Source: Octopus vulgaris (Eukaryota). From it: a stretch of 64,000 bases of DNA. Shown one piece after another: positions 25,241 to 39,881 of this stretch. The notes under the pieces are model-generated. The model ran no database searches and was not told the origin of the DNA. It was given only the letters and a program-made list of their open reading frames with translations. The translations under genes were made by a program, and so were the position numbers. The DNA lies in contig OX597823.1 of NCBI GenBank assembly GCA_951406725.2, positions 10,788,001 through 10,852,000 on the forward strand. The letters run 5' to 3'. Each line of letters starts with the position of its first letter. Within the stretch, counting starts at the first letter, position 1.

Positions 25241-25941
25241 TCTTTATATATAAAAGTGAGGTTGTGTGCTGTCTGTCTCCTACGATTTAGATTCCGAACT
25301 ACTCCCACATTTTGTGGTGCAGTTTAACCAAACCGGGTATCTTATAGTCGTGATTCATATCGAGCCCTTCTGGGTATTAGCGCGCGTCTACGATGAGTCT
25401 ACGATTTAAAAAAAAAATTACCATCATTTTTTTCCATTTTAATGCATTTTTTTGCTATTATATAAGGGAAGTAACTCTCTAAAAATGACTACGATGAGTC
25501 AACGATTTAAAAAAAAAATTACCATCATTTTTTTCCATTTGAATGCATTTTTTTGCTATTATATAAGGGAAGTAACTCTCTAAAAATGACTACGATGAGT
25601 CTACGATTTAAAAAAAAAATTACCATCATTTTTTTCCATTTGAATGCATTTTTTTGCTATTATATAAGGGAAGTAACTCTCTAAAAATGACTACGATGAG
25701 TCTACGATTTAAAAAAAAAATTACCATCATTTTTTTCCATTTGAATGCATTTTTTTGCTATTATATAAGGGAAGTAACTCTCTAAAAATGACTACGATGA
25801 GTCAACGATTTAAAAAAAATTACCATCATTTTTATTCCATTTTTAATGCATTTTTTTGCTATATTTTGGCTATAACTCTCTAAAAATGCTTATATAGTTA
25901 TTTCCCTTACAAACCCGAGCAACGCCGGGCGATACTGCTAG
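25241..25941 (+). mobile_element. Non-autonomous Helitron (unit 2) with an internal ~102-bp tandem array
   Basis: Starts immediately after the CTAG of unit 1; ends CTAG|t; ~102-bp unit repeated at ~25388-25880. Confidence 0.88.
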
Positions 25942-26543
25942 TTAAATATATGTTCCGTCGGCAAGTTGGCGGAATGGTTAGAGAGGAAGGAAAATGTTTT
26001 GAGACTTTCTTCTGGTTGTTTACCTTCTGATTTCAATTCCCGCCGAGTTTACATTTACCTTTCATCTCCCCAGAATATAAAGAAATAAGTGCCAGACAGG
26101 TAGTGGAGTCAATGCTTATTCCTGAATTAGTAACTCTTTCGCATAACATATGCCACGCTTATGCATATTTCTTCGAAAACACTCCCTAATATTTTACATT
26201 TTTTGGCGGGCCACCTGGCAAAGCACTTTCAACAAAAAAACTATTTTCTGTATAATTGCGAAATAATTCTACATGTAAGTATTATAAGCGCCTCATTCCC
26301 GTAAGTTAATTTTTAATTCTTTAGATTTTTTTTATGAAGATTTCGAAAATCCGAGCATCTCACGTACCACGCTGAAAGTGATTACGTACTTGACATTTTG
26401 GTTGTGTCTGCACATTACCGACATCTGTGCCACGGTGCAGGTAGAACAGCTAAAGATATTTAAATCATTCATGTTCCCCCGCTGACAACTATTTTTGTTC
26501 CTGATATATCGGTTACTTCCGTACATCACCGGCATCTGTTGTA

Positions 26544-26617
<74 letters not shown>

Positions 26618-26994
26618 ATCAAAACATATTTTTCCGATTCGCTTTGCAATTTCAATGATGGAAGTATCGCTTGGCCTTAAACTCCTTTGTACATTTTGAT
26701 GGCAAGAAAAATAAATGGTATCCAGTGATACAATAAATTATTGTGTGCGAATATGTGTGTACGTGTGTATGTATAAGTGTGTATGTGTACATATGTGCGT
26801 GTGTGCATGCGTATGTGCGCGTGTGTGAGCGTGTGCGTGTAAAATATTTGTTTATATACCATATATATAAATATATATATATATACATACATACACATGT
26901 ACATACATACATACATACATACATACTTACATTTACGTAGTGGGTAACCATTTTCTTCACTACTTCAAGAAGTGACGACCAGCCTGACACAAGT

Positions 26995-27272
26995 TCTGGG
27001 CTCAGCTGGCTCCGGCTGACAGTACCCGGTATGGGCCCCTATCCAGGGTTACGGAAAGGAGACAACCTTCAAAGAAATCCGGAGTGGAGCCCCGTAGGCG
27101 GTCTAGTGTTCGACTCGACACTCTTCCGGCAGCTCCTGCAACCAAGCTGGTGCCAAACTCCTTTGGACTACGTCAGCAAGGTCGAGAGAGGAATCCTGAC
27201 GATTGGGCTACCCAGGATTTTCTTACATCTAGCCCAGGCCTGCGCAAAACTGGAGAGGAAACTGGAGGGGAC
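26995..27272 (+). mobile_element. Probable RTE-clade LINE 5'-UTR-like fragment
   Basis: GC-rich island; aaatccggagtggagcccc...ggcagctcctgc...gctggtgccaaac...ctttgga resembles my recollection of RTE 5' regions (unverified). Confidence 0.4.
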
Positions 27273-27428
27273 ATGAAATGTAAAATCCAGACTGGATTAG
27301 TTTATGCGCAACTCCATTGTCTCCCGAGACAAAAGGATGCCAACAACATGCATATATATGTATATATGTAAGTACACATAGATATATATATATATATATG
27401 TGTGTGTATATACACACAATCACACATG

Positions 27429-28124
<696 letters not shown>

Positions 28125-28157
28125 CTGTGTATATATATTAAATATATGCATATATAC

Positions 28158-28540
28158 AGGCGCAGGAGTAGATGTGTGGTTCCGGGTTCAGTCTCACTGC
28201 GTAGCACCTTGCACGAGTGTCTTCTACTATAGCCTCGGGCCGACCAAAGCCTTGTGAGTAGATTTGGTAGACGGTAACTGAAAGAATCCCGTCGTATATA
28301 TGTATATGTATATGAATGTGTGTGTATATATTTGTGTGTCTGTTTTAGTCCCCCTTCCCAACATCGGTTGACAACCGATGCTGGTGTTTTTACGTCCCCG
28401 TAACTTAGCGGTTCGGCAAAAAAGACCGATAGAATAAGTACTAGGCTTACAAAGAATAAGTTCTGTGGTAGATTTGCTCGACTAAAGGCAGTGCTTCAGC
28501 CTGGCCACAGTCAAATGACTGAAACAAGTAAAAGAGTAAA
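28158..28540 (+). mobile_element. SINE type B
   Basis: Full structure with a small head deletion. Confidence 0.9.
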
Positions 28541-28541
28541 T

Positions 28542-28595
<54 letters not shown>

Positions 28596-28990
28596 GGAGT
28601 AAACACATAAATGTGAAACAAGGTGGAAAAAAGAGTACTCAAATACCAGGGGTAGAGTAATATGCTTTATTTAAAAGCAGCAGAAATTCAACAAAATCTG
28701 TTACTCGGAGTAAACTCCGAGTAACAGGTTTTGTTGAATTTCTGCTGCTTTTAAATAAAGTATATATTATATATTAAAGTGTTATACTAATTATCTTTTT
28801 TTAATAATTTTGATATATATTTAAAATAATATAAATTAATTAATCTTATGTATTGGCTTAAGTTTTTCATTGTATGATTTGCCTAATAGTGGTTTTATCT
28901 CTAATTTAATATAATATAATATTTTACTATAAAATTGGATTCAATCCTAAATTTTTCCCTATAAGTTTGGATTTATTCTCTAATATTTTA
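28596..28990. mobile_element. PLE-like fragment containing a near-perfect palindrome (28660-28765)
   Basis: ~52-bp arms with a 2-nt spacer, centred on aaactccgagtaacag (HHR stem III-like); between TA tracts. Confidence 0.6.
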
Positions 28991-29768
28991 TTATATATAT
29001 ATATGTATATGTCTGTGTGTGCTCATATATACAATATATACATACATACGTATGTATGTAGGTATGTATGTATCTCAATATACGACTTGATTTATTGTTA
29101 TCTGTCTCTTCGTATTAGCTGTATTTCTATATCATTGTATATATTATCGTTCTAAACAAGATGTTTTTCACTTGTATTAACTCATGCTCCTAATTGATTT
29201 GCATTAAAAAAATAGTATTTTCGATATCTCTGCGGAATATTTAACTATGTAATTACTGTCACATCTTATTTCTGAAAGTTAATTTTTAAATTCCATTTTA
29301 AACGTTGATTTAGATGTTCGAGCATTCTGGGATAATATAAAAAAGATGGAGTGAATTAATGTTTTTGATATTTTAGTTGTTTCTCCATCTCACCGGTATC
29401 TGGTCGTTGGGGGCAAATAAACAATAAACCATATTAGCGGTCTCTTCGGAATTTCACTGATAATGGTAGCATCTTTTCTCACACGTTTCTTTACTCCCAG
29501 TACAGGAAACATGAACTGTATTGGAAAATAAGGTTGCTCGCGCACGCATGCGTGTGCGTGTTTGTGTGTGTGTGTGAGTGTACGGGCGCGCCTATAAGAT
29601 CGCATTTCTGAAGCATGAAGAAGTTTTAAAATGTATCATTTTACAAAGTTGCTCGAATGAAAACGTATTAACAACAAAGCTGATAATACATCCAGTAAAA
29701 ATCCTTTAAACACAAAAAAGCCACACACATACACACACACGCGCGCATATACACACACATCCATGTAC

Positions 29769-30164
<396 letters not shown>

Positions 30165-30189
30165 CACACACACACACACAGACGCGTAC

Positions 30190-30241
<52 letters not shown>

Positions 30242-30256
30242 CTTTATCTATCTATC

Positions 30257-30302
<46 letters not shown>

Positions 30303-30886
30303 TTTACTACGATGTATGATAGCCGCCTGCCTGTCTGGCTGGATGCATGCATCCATGCAAACATCTTACTTTTCTGTTTGTCGTCCCAATTTATTTTATC
30401 GCATCCTTTCGGATTATATATATTTCTGCATCATTTCTGCATCATTCTCTATATTATCGATGTAAATGTAATTCTTTTTATATTATTGCGTCATCTCGCT
30501 AATGGCTTTCCACAATAAAAGTATTTTCAATTATACCATGAAATATTTGACTATATAATTACTAACCAAGCTCATTTCCGTGAGGCAATTTTGAAATTTT
30601 AATGTAGATTGACAAAGTATGAATGTTATCGCAAAATATTTGTTTACTTAATCGAAAGTATTTGTGTTCTAGATACTTCTGTTGTTTTTGTAACTCACTG
30701 GCACCGTTAGTAAGGTTTATATAAACAGCAAAGCATATTTACGGCTGTCTTTGTACTTTCGGTAAAGAAAATATCATGCGTTCTTAGATATTTATGCGCG
30801 ACTACGGAGCAGAAATGGTAAATTGTTTTGAAAGGTTAAATATATTCCATATCTATCCCTCTCAATATATAGTTTGGCATTATATG

Positions 30887-31118
30887 AAGGCGGCGAGCTG
30901 GCAGAAACGTTAGCACGCCGATCGAAATGCGTAGCTGTATTTCGTCTGCCGTTCCGTTCTGAGTTCAAATTCCGCCGAGGTTGACTTAGCCCTTCATGCT
31001 TTCGGGGCCGATAAATAAAGTACCAGATTCGCACTGGGTCGATGTAATCGACTTAATCCGTTTGTCTGTCCTTGTTTGTTCCCGCTGTGTTTAGTCCCTT
31101 GTGGGCAATAAAGAAATA
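30887..31118 (+). mobile_element. SINE type A with ~46-bp flanking duplication
   Basis: 30842-30887 is repeated at ~31120-31165. Confidence 0.92.
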
Positions 31119-31164
31119 TATATTCCATATCTATCCCTGTCAATATATAGTTTGGTATTATATG

Positions 31165-31370
31165 AAGGCGGCGAGCTGGCAGAAACATTAGCGCGCCGGG
31201 TGAAATGCTTAGCGGTATTTCGTCTGCCGCTACGTTCTGAGTTCAAATTCCGCCGAGGTCGATAAATTAAGTACCAGTTACGCACTGGGGTCGATGTAAT
31301 CGACATGATCCGTTTGTCTGTCCTTGTTTGTCCCCTCTAGGTTCAGCCCCTCGTGGGTAGTAAAGAAATA
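31165..31370 (+). mobile_element. SINE type A (internal deletion) with TSD
   Basis: TSD atatagtttggtattatatg at 31145-31164 and 31370-31389. Confidence 0.92.
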
Positions 31371-31395
31371 TATAGTTTGGTATTATATGCTTGTG

Positions 31396-31657
31396 GTGGA
31401 GGCGCGTAGCTTAGTGGTTAGGGTGTCAGCATCATGATCGTAAGATGGTGGTTTCGATTCCTGGACCGGGCGATGCATTGTGTTCTTGAGCAAAACACTT
31501 CATTTCACATTGCTCCAGTCCACTCCGCTGGCAAAAATGAGTAACGCTGCGATGGACTGGGGTCCCATACTGCTTGGGAACACATACGCCATGGAAGCCC
31601 GGAAACAGGGCCCATGAGCCTGGCCAGGTTTTAAACGGGCGCATTTATATTTTATTC
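31396..31657 (+). mobile_element. tRNA-derived CORE-type SINE (type E)
   Basis: A/B boxes; CORE-like ttgagcaaaacact...ctccagtccact; distinct tail; TSD attatatgcttgtg. Confidence 0.85.
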
Positions 31658-31670
31658 ATTATATGCTTGT

Positions 31671-31990
31671 GAAGGCGAGTGGCTTAATGGCTAGGGTAAT
31701 CGGCTCACGACCGTAAGATCGCGAGTTCGACTCGCGGCGGCACGTGGTGTCCTTGAGCGAGACACTTTATTTCACGTTGCTCCAGTCCACTCAGCTGGCA
31801 AAAATGAGTGGTACCTGTAATTAAAAAGGTCGGCTTTGTCATAATCTGTGTCCCGGAGAATCTCCCTGGGAACTACGTTAACGTCATGTGTGTCTGTGGA
31901 GTGTTCTGCCACTCGTGCGTTAATTTCACGAGCAGGATGTTTCGTTGATCGGATCAACTGCAACACTCGTCGTCGCAACCGACGGAGTGT
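31671..31990 (+). mobile_element. tRNA-derived CORE-type SINE (type D)
   Basis: Head plus gtgtccttgagcgagacact...; tail shared with type C. Confidence 0.88.
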
Positions 31991-32072
31991 CGGCTGTATT
32001 CTTGAGCATCTCCCTATCAGTGGTGTACTGTGTATATATATGTGTGTGTGGCGCGCGCACCTATGTATTATA

Positions 32073-32233
32073 GTCGCAGGAGTGGCTGTGTGGTAAGAAG
32101 CTTGCTTCTCACCACATGGTTCTAGGTTCAGTCCCACTGCATGGCACCTTCTGCAAGTGCTTTCTACTATAGCCTCGGAGCGACCAAAGCCTTGTAAGTG
32201 GATTTGGTGGACGGAAACTGAAAGAAGTCCTTC

Positions 32234-32271
<38 letters not shown>

Positions 32272-32487
32272 GCGTGTATTTGTGTGTCTGTATTTGTCCC
32301 CCCACCATCGCATGACAATCGATGTTGGTGAATCACGTCCCCTTAACATAGTGGTTCGATAACAGACACCGATAGAATAAGTACTAGCCTTGCAGAGAAT
32401 AAGTCCTTGGAGTCGATTGGTTCGACTAAAGGTGGTGCTCCAGCATCGCTGGGATCAAATGACTGAAACAAGTAAAAGAATAAAAGA
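32073..32487 (+). mobile_element. SINE type B
   Basis: Full structure. Confidence 0.9.
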
Positions 32488-33439
32488 ATATATCATTATA
32501 AATATTATGGCTCAAAATCAGTTATTTTTTGGGGTGGTGGCCATTACACATATTTCGGCCTTCTCACTAATTCTTTCGCGTGAAAATGTGTTTTCGATAT
32601 GAGTATGAAATAATTACTGAAATCATACACACACACACACACACACACACAATTTCTCTCTCTCTCACACACGCACACACAAACACGCATGCGAATACAC
32701 ACATAGGAACACAAGCACACGCATATATATATTTGTATGTGCCTGCATGTATATACACATATACATACAAGTATATATTGTATATACACTATACACACAC
32801 ACGCAGACACATACACACACGCATGCACACATACATACGCACGCACACACGCGCAAAGATATACGCATGTATAGCCACTTCGAAAAGAAAATGGACAGCA
32901 ATATTCGTCCGTAGAAATGTGTCTAATGGACGTGCTGTGTTTAAAAACAGAATATATATTGGAGGCAGGCGTAAATTGTCCAATCAACGCTTCTTGAGAA
33001 TGTCCGTTGTTAGTAGCATCTACTCATCGCCAACCGATTTCTAAAGTGAAGTTTATCACTACTGATATAATAATAAAGTGACTGAACAATCATTCGTGTT
33101 GCGAATAGCCGCCCGGTAAATAAAAACAATATATACCCCCACCCTCAGCCTAACTCACAATCCATCCTTACCTCCCCCACCTCCAAACACCATCACACCA
33201 CCACACCATACACCACTACATTGTACACTACCATACCACATAAGATATCATATCACATCATACCACCACGCAAACACTAGCACTGACCACTTCCCAGCCC
33301 CACATCTTCACACCTACACACACACACACACGCACACTTCAAGGTCATCAGCCCTCTTCTACACTCACATAAATACTCAGACGCACACGCACCTTCGTTT
33401 TGGGATCACCCCTAATTTATTATCTCCCCTTCTTCCTAG

Positions 33440-33655
33440 CTCTCCTGTGTGACCATTCTTTCCGGCATTCGCCATGATAGATCGCTAGCCACTACACATT
33501 CTTTATTTTCTCTCCTTGTTTCTTTCTGTGTTCAGAAAAGAGAGTAGGCTCGAAACGTTAAATGCTTTTTCACTTTCCGAGCGCTAAACTAATACATCTG
33601 TTTGTCGTCTACACCATCTGTCTTCGTCTTTTGATTTTCTTTTGTGAATTCTCCC

Positions 33656-33658
<3 letters not shown>
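33440..33658 (+). mobile_element. PLE-like element, HHR-variant family (core damaged)
   Basis: cgccatgatagatcg...gtaggctcgaaacgttaa...ctcccta(ta)n. Confidence 0.65.
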
Positions 33659-33716
<58 letters not shown>

Positions 33717-34479
33717 TAGACACAGGACAGAAGAAGAACTACTAGATTAAAATATCAATCAGTCTATGATACTGAATATAGATACATTTGCAAAAAGCAA
33801 ATTTACTGCAGCATTCAACTAGCAATGTTATTTCTTATAGAAGTGTTGTGTTTAAAAACCACGATTAATATATAAACAGGAGAAAATTGTCTAATCCATC
33901 ACTGGTGATAATATTATTTGCATTTCTGTGTTGTTAAGCATTATCAGTAGCATGTAATACACATGCGTATGCATATGTGTGAGTGACGTGCTTAGTATTT
34001 GTTAATATCAGGCAGTCATAAATATTATGATAGACGAGCTCCTTAAACAACCATTTAGTTCTTAAATTCAAATGTAACTTTTTTAGATTTTCACCTGTCT
34101 TCTGCAAAACACAATAATCATTTGGTATTTCTGTGTTGATAATTAATACTCTATTGTTTGTTATGACATGGACAATTATGTCAGAATTATCTAGTGGTCT
34201 GTCTGGATGCTACATTTTTAAAGTATTGCTATGTCCAAAGATTGAGGTTCATAGGTGTATTATGGAATTTTTTTTCGTGATTTTCTAATTAGCTTGTGAA
34301 GGCGTGAATTGTGTTTCCAAATGTATATAAATTAATTAGAAATCATTATTATAATTATTATCATCGTTGTCGTCATCATCGTCATCATCATCACTACCAC
34401 CATCATCATCATCATCATCATAATTTCTATTGTTGTTTTTGTTACTATTTGCTTTTAATTTGTTTGTCTGTTGCAATCA

Positions 34480-35845
34480 TTTGTTGCGACACACCCAGCG
34501 CCCTAGGGCAAGTGAAAGATAAGAGATATTACAGTATAACAGAAAGCTTAGGGAGGGGAAGTGGTAGGAGAAGTAGCAAAATATCTCCATGTAATAAAAT
34601 ATAGACGTTTAAAGTGATAGGTTTTTTTCTAAAGATGTGGGTAGTATTTGTCAGCACAATCTTCTGGATTTTTCTGAAACATGGTCTCCTGGTCTCCTGG
34701 GATGTTGTCTAGATGTTTCTTTTATCAGACCTAGAGCAGCTGCAATAAGAGGAACAGTTTTTGCTTTAAGATACCACATCTTTTGTATTTCAATTCCAGG
34801 TCCATATATTTACTAAGTTTATGGAAGACTTACATCTGTTAGTCTACAAGTATGTTTTTCCCTGTTTTTAATAACTAGGTCTAGTCGACTAGCCTGGACA
34901 GTTCTGTCAGTATTGGCTGGAAAATCCCAGCAGATAGTGACTTTTTTACTAACACTATACTCATTAATGCACTCGATCTGGCTGTTTCTGACTAACTATT
35001 TCTTCCCTTATTTCTTTTTTAACCGTGCAGCATCTCTATTATGATTGACTGGCTTATCCCAAATATTACTCCAGAACTTTCAAGCTTCTTCTACATTAGG
35101 TTTCTTATCTTCAGTATTTTCTTTTACACTTATTGTTTGGTTATTAAATCTCCGCTCTGTCTCATACAATCTGTTCTGTTAATATTGATCTATTCTTTTT
35201 CTAATATCTGGAAAGCTCACCTGCTATTGCTTTGATACTTTGTTTCAATTCTTCCATGACTATTCCAAATCCTTTCTCTGTGACTAAGTATTTTTTCTCA
35301 AGTGATTTAAATCTTGTTTCCTAACTTGTTCAATTTCTAAGCTTCGATTCTATTAATATCTTGTCTTAAATCTCACTTTTTTCTAATCTCCTTTTCCACA
35401 TTTGCTCTTTCCTAATTTTTCCTTGAGGAATAACAAGTTTTCTAGTATCTACTACCCCTCCAGCGATAAGTTAATATTACCCATATTTTTAGTATGTAAT
35501 GTCACCAATATTTTTAGTGTTTATCCTACTGATAACAGAATCTACTTTCGTAGTCATTTCTAGCAGTTTTTTGTTTCTGTTTGCACATATTAATGTTGGT
35601 AATCTATTTTTTTCTTCTTTCCCCATTGCTTCTTTCAACCCATCAAAATCGTCTGATCTTCCTCACTCAAGACACTTAAGTTGCTGGTGCCAGTTATCCC
35701 TTCCTGATCGGAAGTGCTATTATTATTTTTTTCTTTAGGTTCTTCTTTGGTTCGAACAGTATTTCTTATGGCGTTTCTACTGCTTGGTCTTTCTTTCACA
35801 GTTCTCTTGTGTTCCCTTCCTCCTCCAATTCTGTCATCCATTTTG
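34480..35845 (-). pseudogene. Degraded, internally deleted R4/Dong-type retrotransposon
   Basis: Minus-strand remnants: MWKRRLE..., KGFGIVMEELKQ..., QNRLYE (N-terminal region) and TICWDFP..TDR, KYMDLE, QKMWYLKAKTVPLI..ALGLI (RLE domain, homologous to the 41451 copy). Confidence 0.7.
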
Positions 35846-37424
35846 TTTTCCTAAATAGCATTATGAAACTTTTCTACCCTGAGGGACCAGAAAGGTATAC
35901 AAAGAAACAGGAAAAGAGGATGAGGGAGAAGAAGAAGAAGAAGAGAGAGAGAGAGAGAGAGAGAGACGAACTATAGCAAAGACAGTAACAACAGCAGTGA
36001 GAATCTCACTACCAAATGGAGTGCTGTTTCTCAAAAGACTGTGTCGCATGCCCTGCTTGAGAAAACTATCTAAGAACAGATATAGAAAAGTTATACACCG
36101 CTTTCTCGTGATTAACAGTAAGAGCGTATTTCAGTGTGCCCTTAAAGCGGCAGCTAAAGGAGGCTGGTGTGTAAAGTAAAGTCCATTGGCCTGACAAAAT
36201 CGTACGCAAGTAGTTACTGAATGCATTTAAGATCAAATGCAAGGCGAAAGGTGAAGACAATGTGCCACACACATTTACTCATAGGCTCAACTCACAATAT
36301 ATAAGCAGTGTAATGTAAGATGACAAATATTGACAATTATATTAAACTCAGATTCGTTGTCCACTGCAATCGGAGCAGGTTGTTAGAGCAACCTCGGGTG
36401 AGGTCAGTATGGAGTTATAAGTCTTGATGATGCAGAAAGAAAAACAGTGAAACTGACAGCAAAATTTCCAGCCGTTACACTTATGGCAATAAAGGCACTT
36501 GAGAGCTTTCTGTTTTAAAGAATCAGAAAGGAAAAGATAAAGAGAAACAGAGAGAGGTGGGAGGGGGGTCCGACACCAGCAGAGCCCGTGACAACAACAG
36601 ATAACACCAGAGACTGCTGGTACAATAGTCGCACAGTCAATCAGCTCCATGTATAATTTTAAAAATCGCCTTACTATCAAAACCAACACTCATTGGCTAA
36701 GAAAGAAACACCTACTCTCTGGCCTCAAAATGTAACACTGCCCCATATCTTGCGACACGGCGTGATCAAACGTGGGATCCATTTCATGGGTTCACATCTA
36801 TGCATGTTTGTAGATGGTGGGGCTTTTAGTTTTAATTTCTATTCACTTTTAATTACATTTTATTAAATCTGTTTCGGATATTAGTTTTCAATCACTTTAT
36901 CAGGGCGAGAATACGCTAATTATTCATCTTGTGTGTATGTGTTTTATGACGCTAGGGCTTTCCGATGGTTAATAGATTTTGTGAGCTTCATATATTTCTT
37001 GAAGAAATGAATGAGGTATGGACACCAGACACAGTTAGGAATGTCAGATAGAAGCCTTAAGCTGGCACGGATTTAAAGTGACTTCTACTTAGCGTGAAGT
37101 TTCATACATGCATATTATTGCAAGCAGTATTTATAAATCTATAGGATTCATCAGTGAGAGGGCATTCATTATGACTGAGTTACGGTTAATGGTTAATGTA
37201 ACAATTAATTAACGATATCATTAACACATGCTTATGCAAATATCCAGGCGATAACTGAAAATTACACAAGCCTCCTTATAAATGACACGAAGCCATATCA
37301 TATACTGACAAATCCAATACGTTTCACCCCATTACTGCTATTACAAAATAGCCCCATTAAAAAAACCCTAATTATCAAAATAATTAGGGTCATTTCTGTA
37401 AATAGTCAATTACATTTTTTCTTT

Positions 37425-37611
37425 TATTTGTTTCAGTCAATTAACTACGGCCATGCTAGAGCACCCACCGCCTTTAGTCGAAGTAATCGACCCCAGAACT
37501 TATTCCTTATATTCTATCGGTCTCTTTGCCGATTCGCTAAATTACGGGGATATAAACACACCAGTATCGGTTGTCAAGCGATGTTGGGGGAAACCAAACA
37601 CAGACACACAA

Positions 37612-37648
<37 letters not shown>

Positions 37649-37806
37649 CGACGGGCTTCTTTCAGTTTCCATCTGCCAAATCCACTCACAAGGTTTTGAT
37701 CGGCTCGAGGTTAGAGTAGAAAACACTCGCTCAAGGTGCCACGCAGTGGGAATGAACCCGGAACCATGTGGTTGGTACGCAAGCTACTTACCACACAGCC
37801 ACGCCT
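37425..37806 (-). mobile_element. SINE type B
   Basis: Full structure, reverse complement. Confidence 0.9.
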
Positions 37807-37924
37807 GCCTCTCTCTATATATTTTCAAAATAAAACTATATGCATATATGATCTAGTATTTACGCCTGTGGATTAAGTTTATTCCTGTATTAATTAATTC
37901 TCTTACTAATGGACGACTTCGAGA

Positions 37925-38132
37925 ATGCAGCGAGTTGGCGATATCGTTACCACGCTGGGGCAGCGCCTTTTCATCCGTCTTTACGTTCTGAGTTCAAATT
38001 CCACCGAGATCGACTTTGCCTTTGATCATTTCGAGGATCGATGAAATAAAATGAGAAGTTGAGTACTGGGATCGATGTAATCGACTTACCCCTCCCCCGA
38101 AATTGCTGGCCTTGTGCCAAAATTTGAAACCA
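37925..38132 (+). mobile_element. Older SINE type A variant
   Basis: gagttcaaattccaccgagatcgactttgcc...ccttgtgccaaaatttgaaacc. Confidence 0.8.
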
Positions 38133-38511
38133 GTAAACTACGTCTGGATACCCTTTACTTTCACAACACTAAAGATAATCACTTGTCGGATAGAAAAGAA
38201 ATTGTTCCTCTGTTTCTGATTCTATCAAACAAACCATAAATTTTTCTTCCACTGACCAGACTTGTCCGTTAGAAAATACGAAATACTCAACATTAAATTG
38301 GTTTATTGACCTTCCAGTTGCTTCTTCTACCAAATATGTCTGCATGGTGTATGTTCATGTGTGGGCTTGTGTCTGACTTGCCAATATTTATATAATATCC
38401 GTATCTTGGAACGTTTGAAGTTAAATGCTATGTATTTTCTAGATGCATATACAATGCAAATATAACTATATAACTAGAGAGTATCGTTTAGGTTAAAATG
38501 GACCGAGCTGC

Positions 38512-38603
38512 AGATAGATAGATAGGTAGATAGATGAATGGATAGATAGATAGATAGGTAGATAGATGAATGGGTAGATAGATAGATAGATAGATAGATA
38601 GAC

Positions 38604-38655
<52 letters not shown>

Positions 38656-38664
38656 GGATGGATG

Positions 38665-38703
<39 letters not shown>

Positions 38704-38712
38704 GGATGGATG

Positions 38713-38780
<68 letters not shown>
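38512..38780. repeat. (GATA)/(GATG)n microsatellite
   Basis: Directly visible. Confidence 0.95.
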
Positions 38781-39564
38781 TATGATTGTGTAAAATACGT
38801 AAACACATAGGCACGTATGTATGTATTTTATACATAAATTGTATGCATTTGTAGATATATGTATGCATGCATGTATGTGTATATGTATGTATGTGTGTGT
38901 GTCTGTGTACCTATGTGTGTGTGTATAAAAAATATTTATATAATACATATACACATACATATATATATATATGCATGTATTATACCTGCATATAATTATG
39001 CATACATGCATACATACTAACATACATTTCTATGCATAAAGATATATGTATATATATGTACGTGTGTATGTGTGTGTGTGTGCCTGCGTACATTGATTCA
39101 TTTATTGGGTTATCTTAATCATCTCTGAAGGTTTATGAACAATAAAATGATCCTTTTCCTTTTAATTATGATAGCCTAAATCGATAATTCTCCAATGTGC
39201 AGCTTAAATTCTGTTCCTCTCCGGGTGCGGCGAAATACTTTGGCAAACAGCCTATCTTTTACATTGAAACACATAAATATAGACACTTTGCTTGGATGCT
39301 TTCTGTGTATTTCTTTTCATCGTCGGAGGGTCAATATTTAGTAGAAGATTGGTGTAATGTAGTGGCATGCCAGGCGTATTAAAGTGACTTGTTACAAGTT
39401 CTTGCTTCCATTGTTTAGCCCCAGGTCAATGTTTATCAAGTAGATTTATTGAGATTGGGTTGCATTTTCTTGAAAGTGGAGCGACTGTATTGAAATTCTC
39501 TCTATTGCCTGTATTGCTTCTAGTAATGTTGATGCCGTTTAGCACCATCTTAACTTTGACCCAG

Positions 39565-39881
39565 TGAGGGCGCGTGGCTTAGTGGTTAGGGCATTCGGCT
39601 CATGATCGTAAGGTTGTGAGTTCGATTCCCAGCGACGCGTTGTGTCCCTGAGCAAGACACTTTATTTCACGTTGCTCCAGTCCACTCAGCTGGCAAAAAT
39701 GAGTTGTACTTGTATTTCAAAGGGTCAGCCTTGTCACTCTCTGTGTCACGCTGATTTTCCCCGAGAACTACGTTAAGGGTACACGTGTCTGTGGAATGCT
39801 CAGCCATTTGCACGTTAATTTCACGAGCAAGCTGTTCCGTTGATCGTATCAGCTGGGACCCTCGTCGTCGTAACCGGCGGA
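39565..39881 (+). mobile_element. tRNA-derived CORE-type SINE (type D) with TSD
   Basis: A box tggcttagtgg, B box gagttcgattc; TSD aactttgacccag at 39552-39564 and 39890-39902. Confidence 0.9.

Noticed and set aside
26325-26437. AG...GT-bounded open stretch as a candidate host exon
   Set aside because: Weak donor site, no recognisable protein motif and no partner exons; would need RNA-seq.
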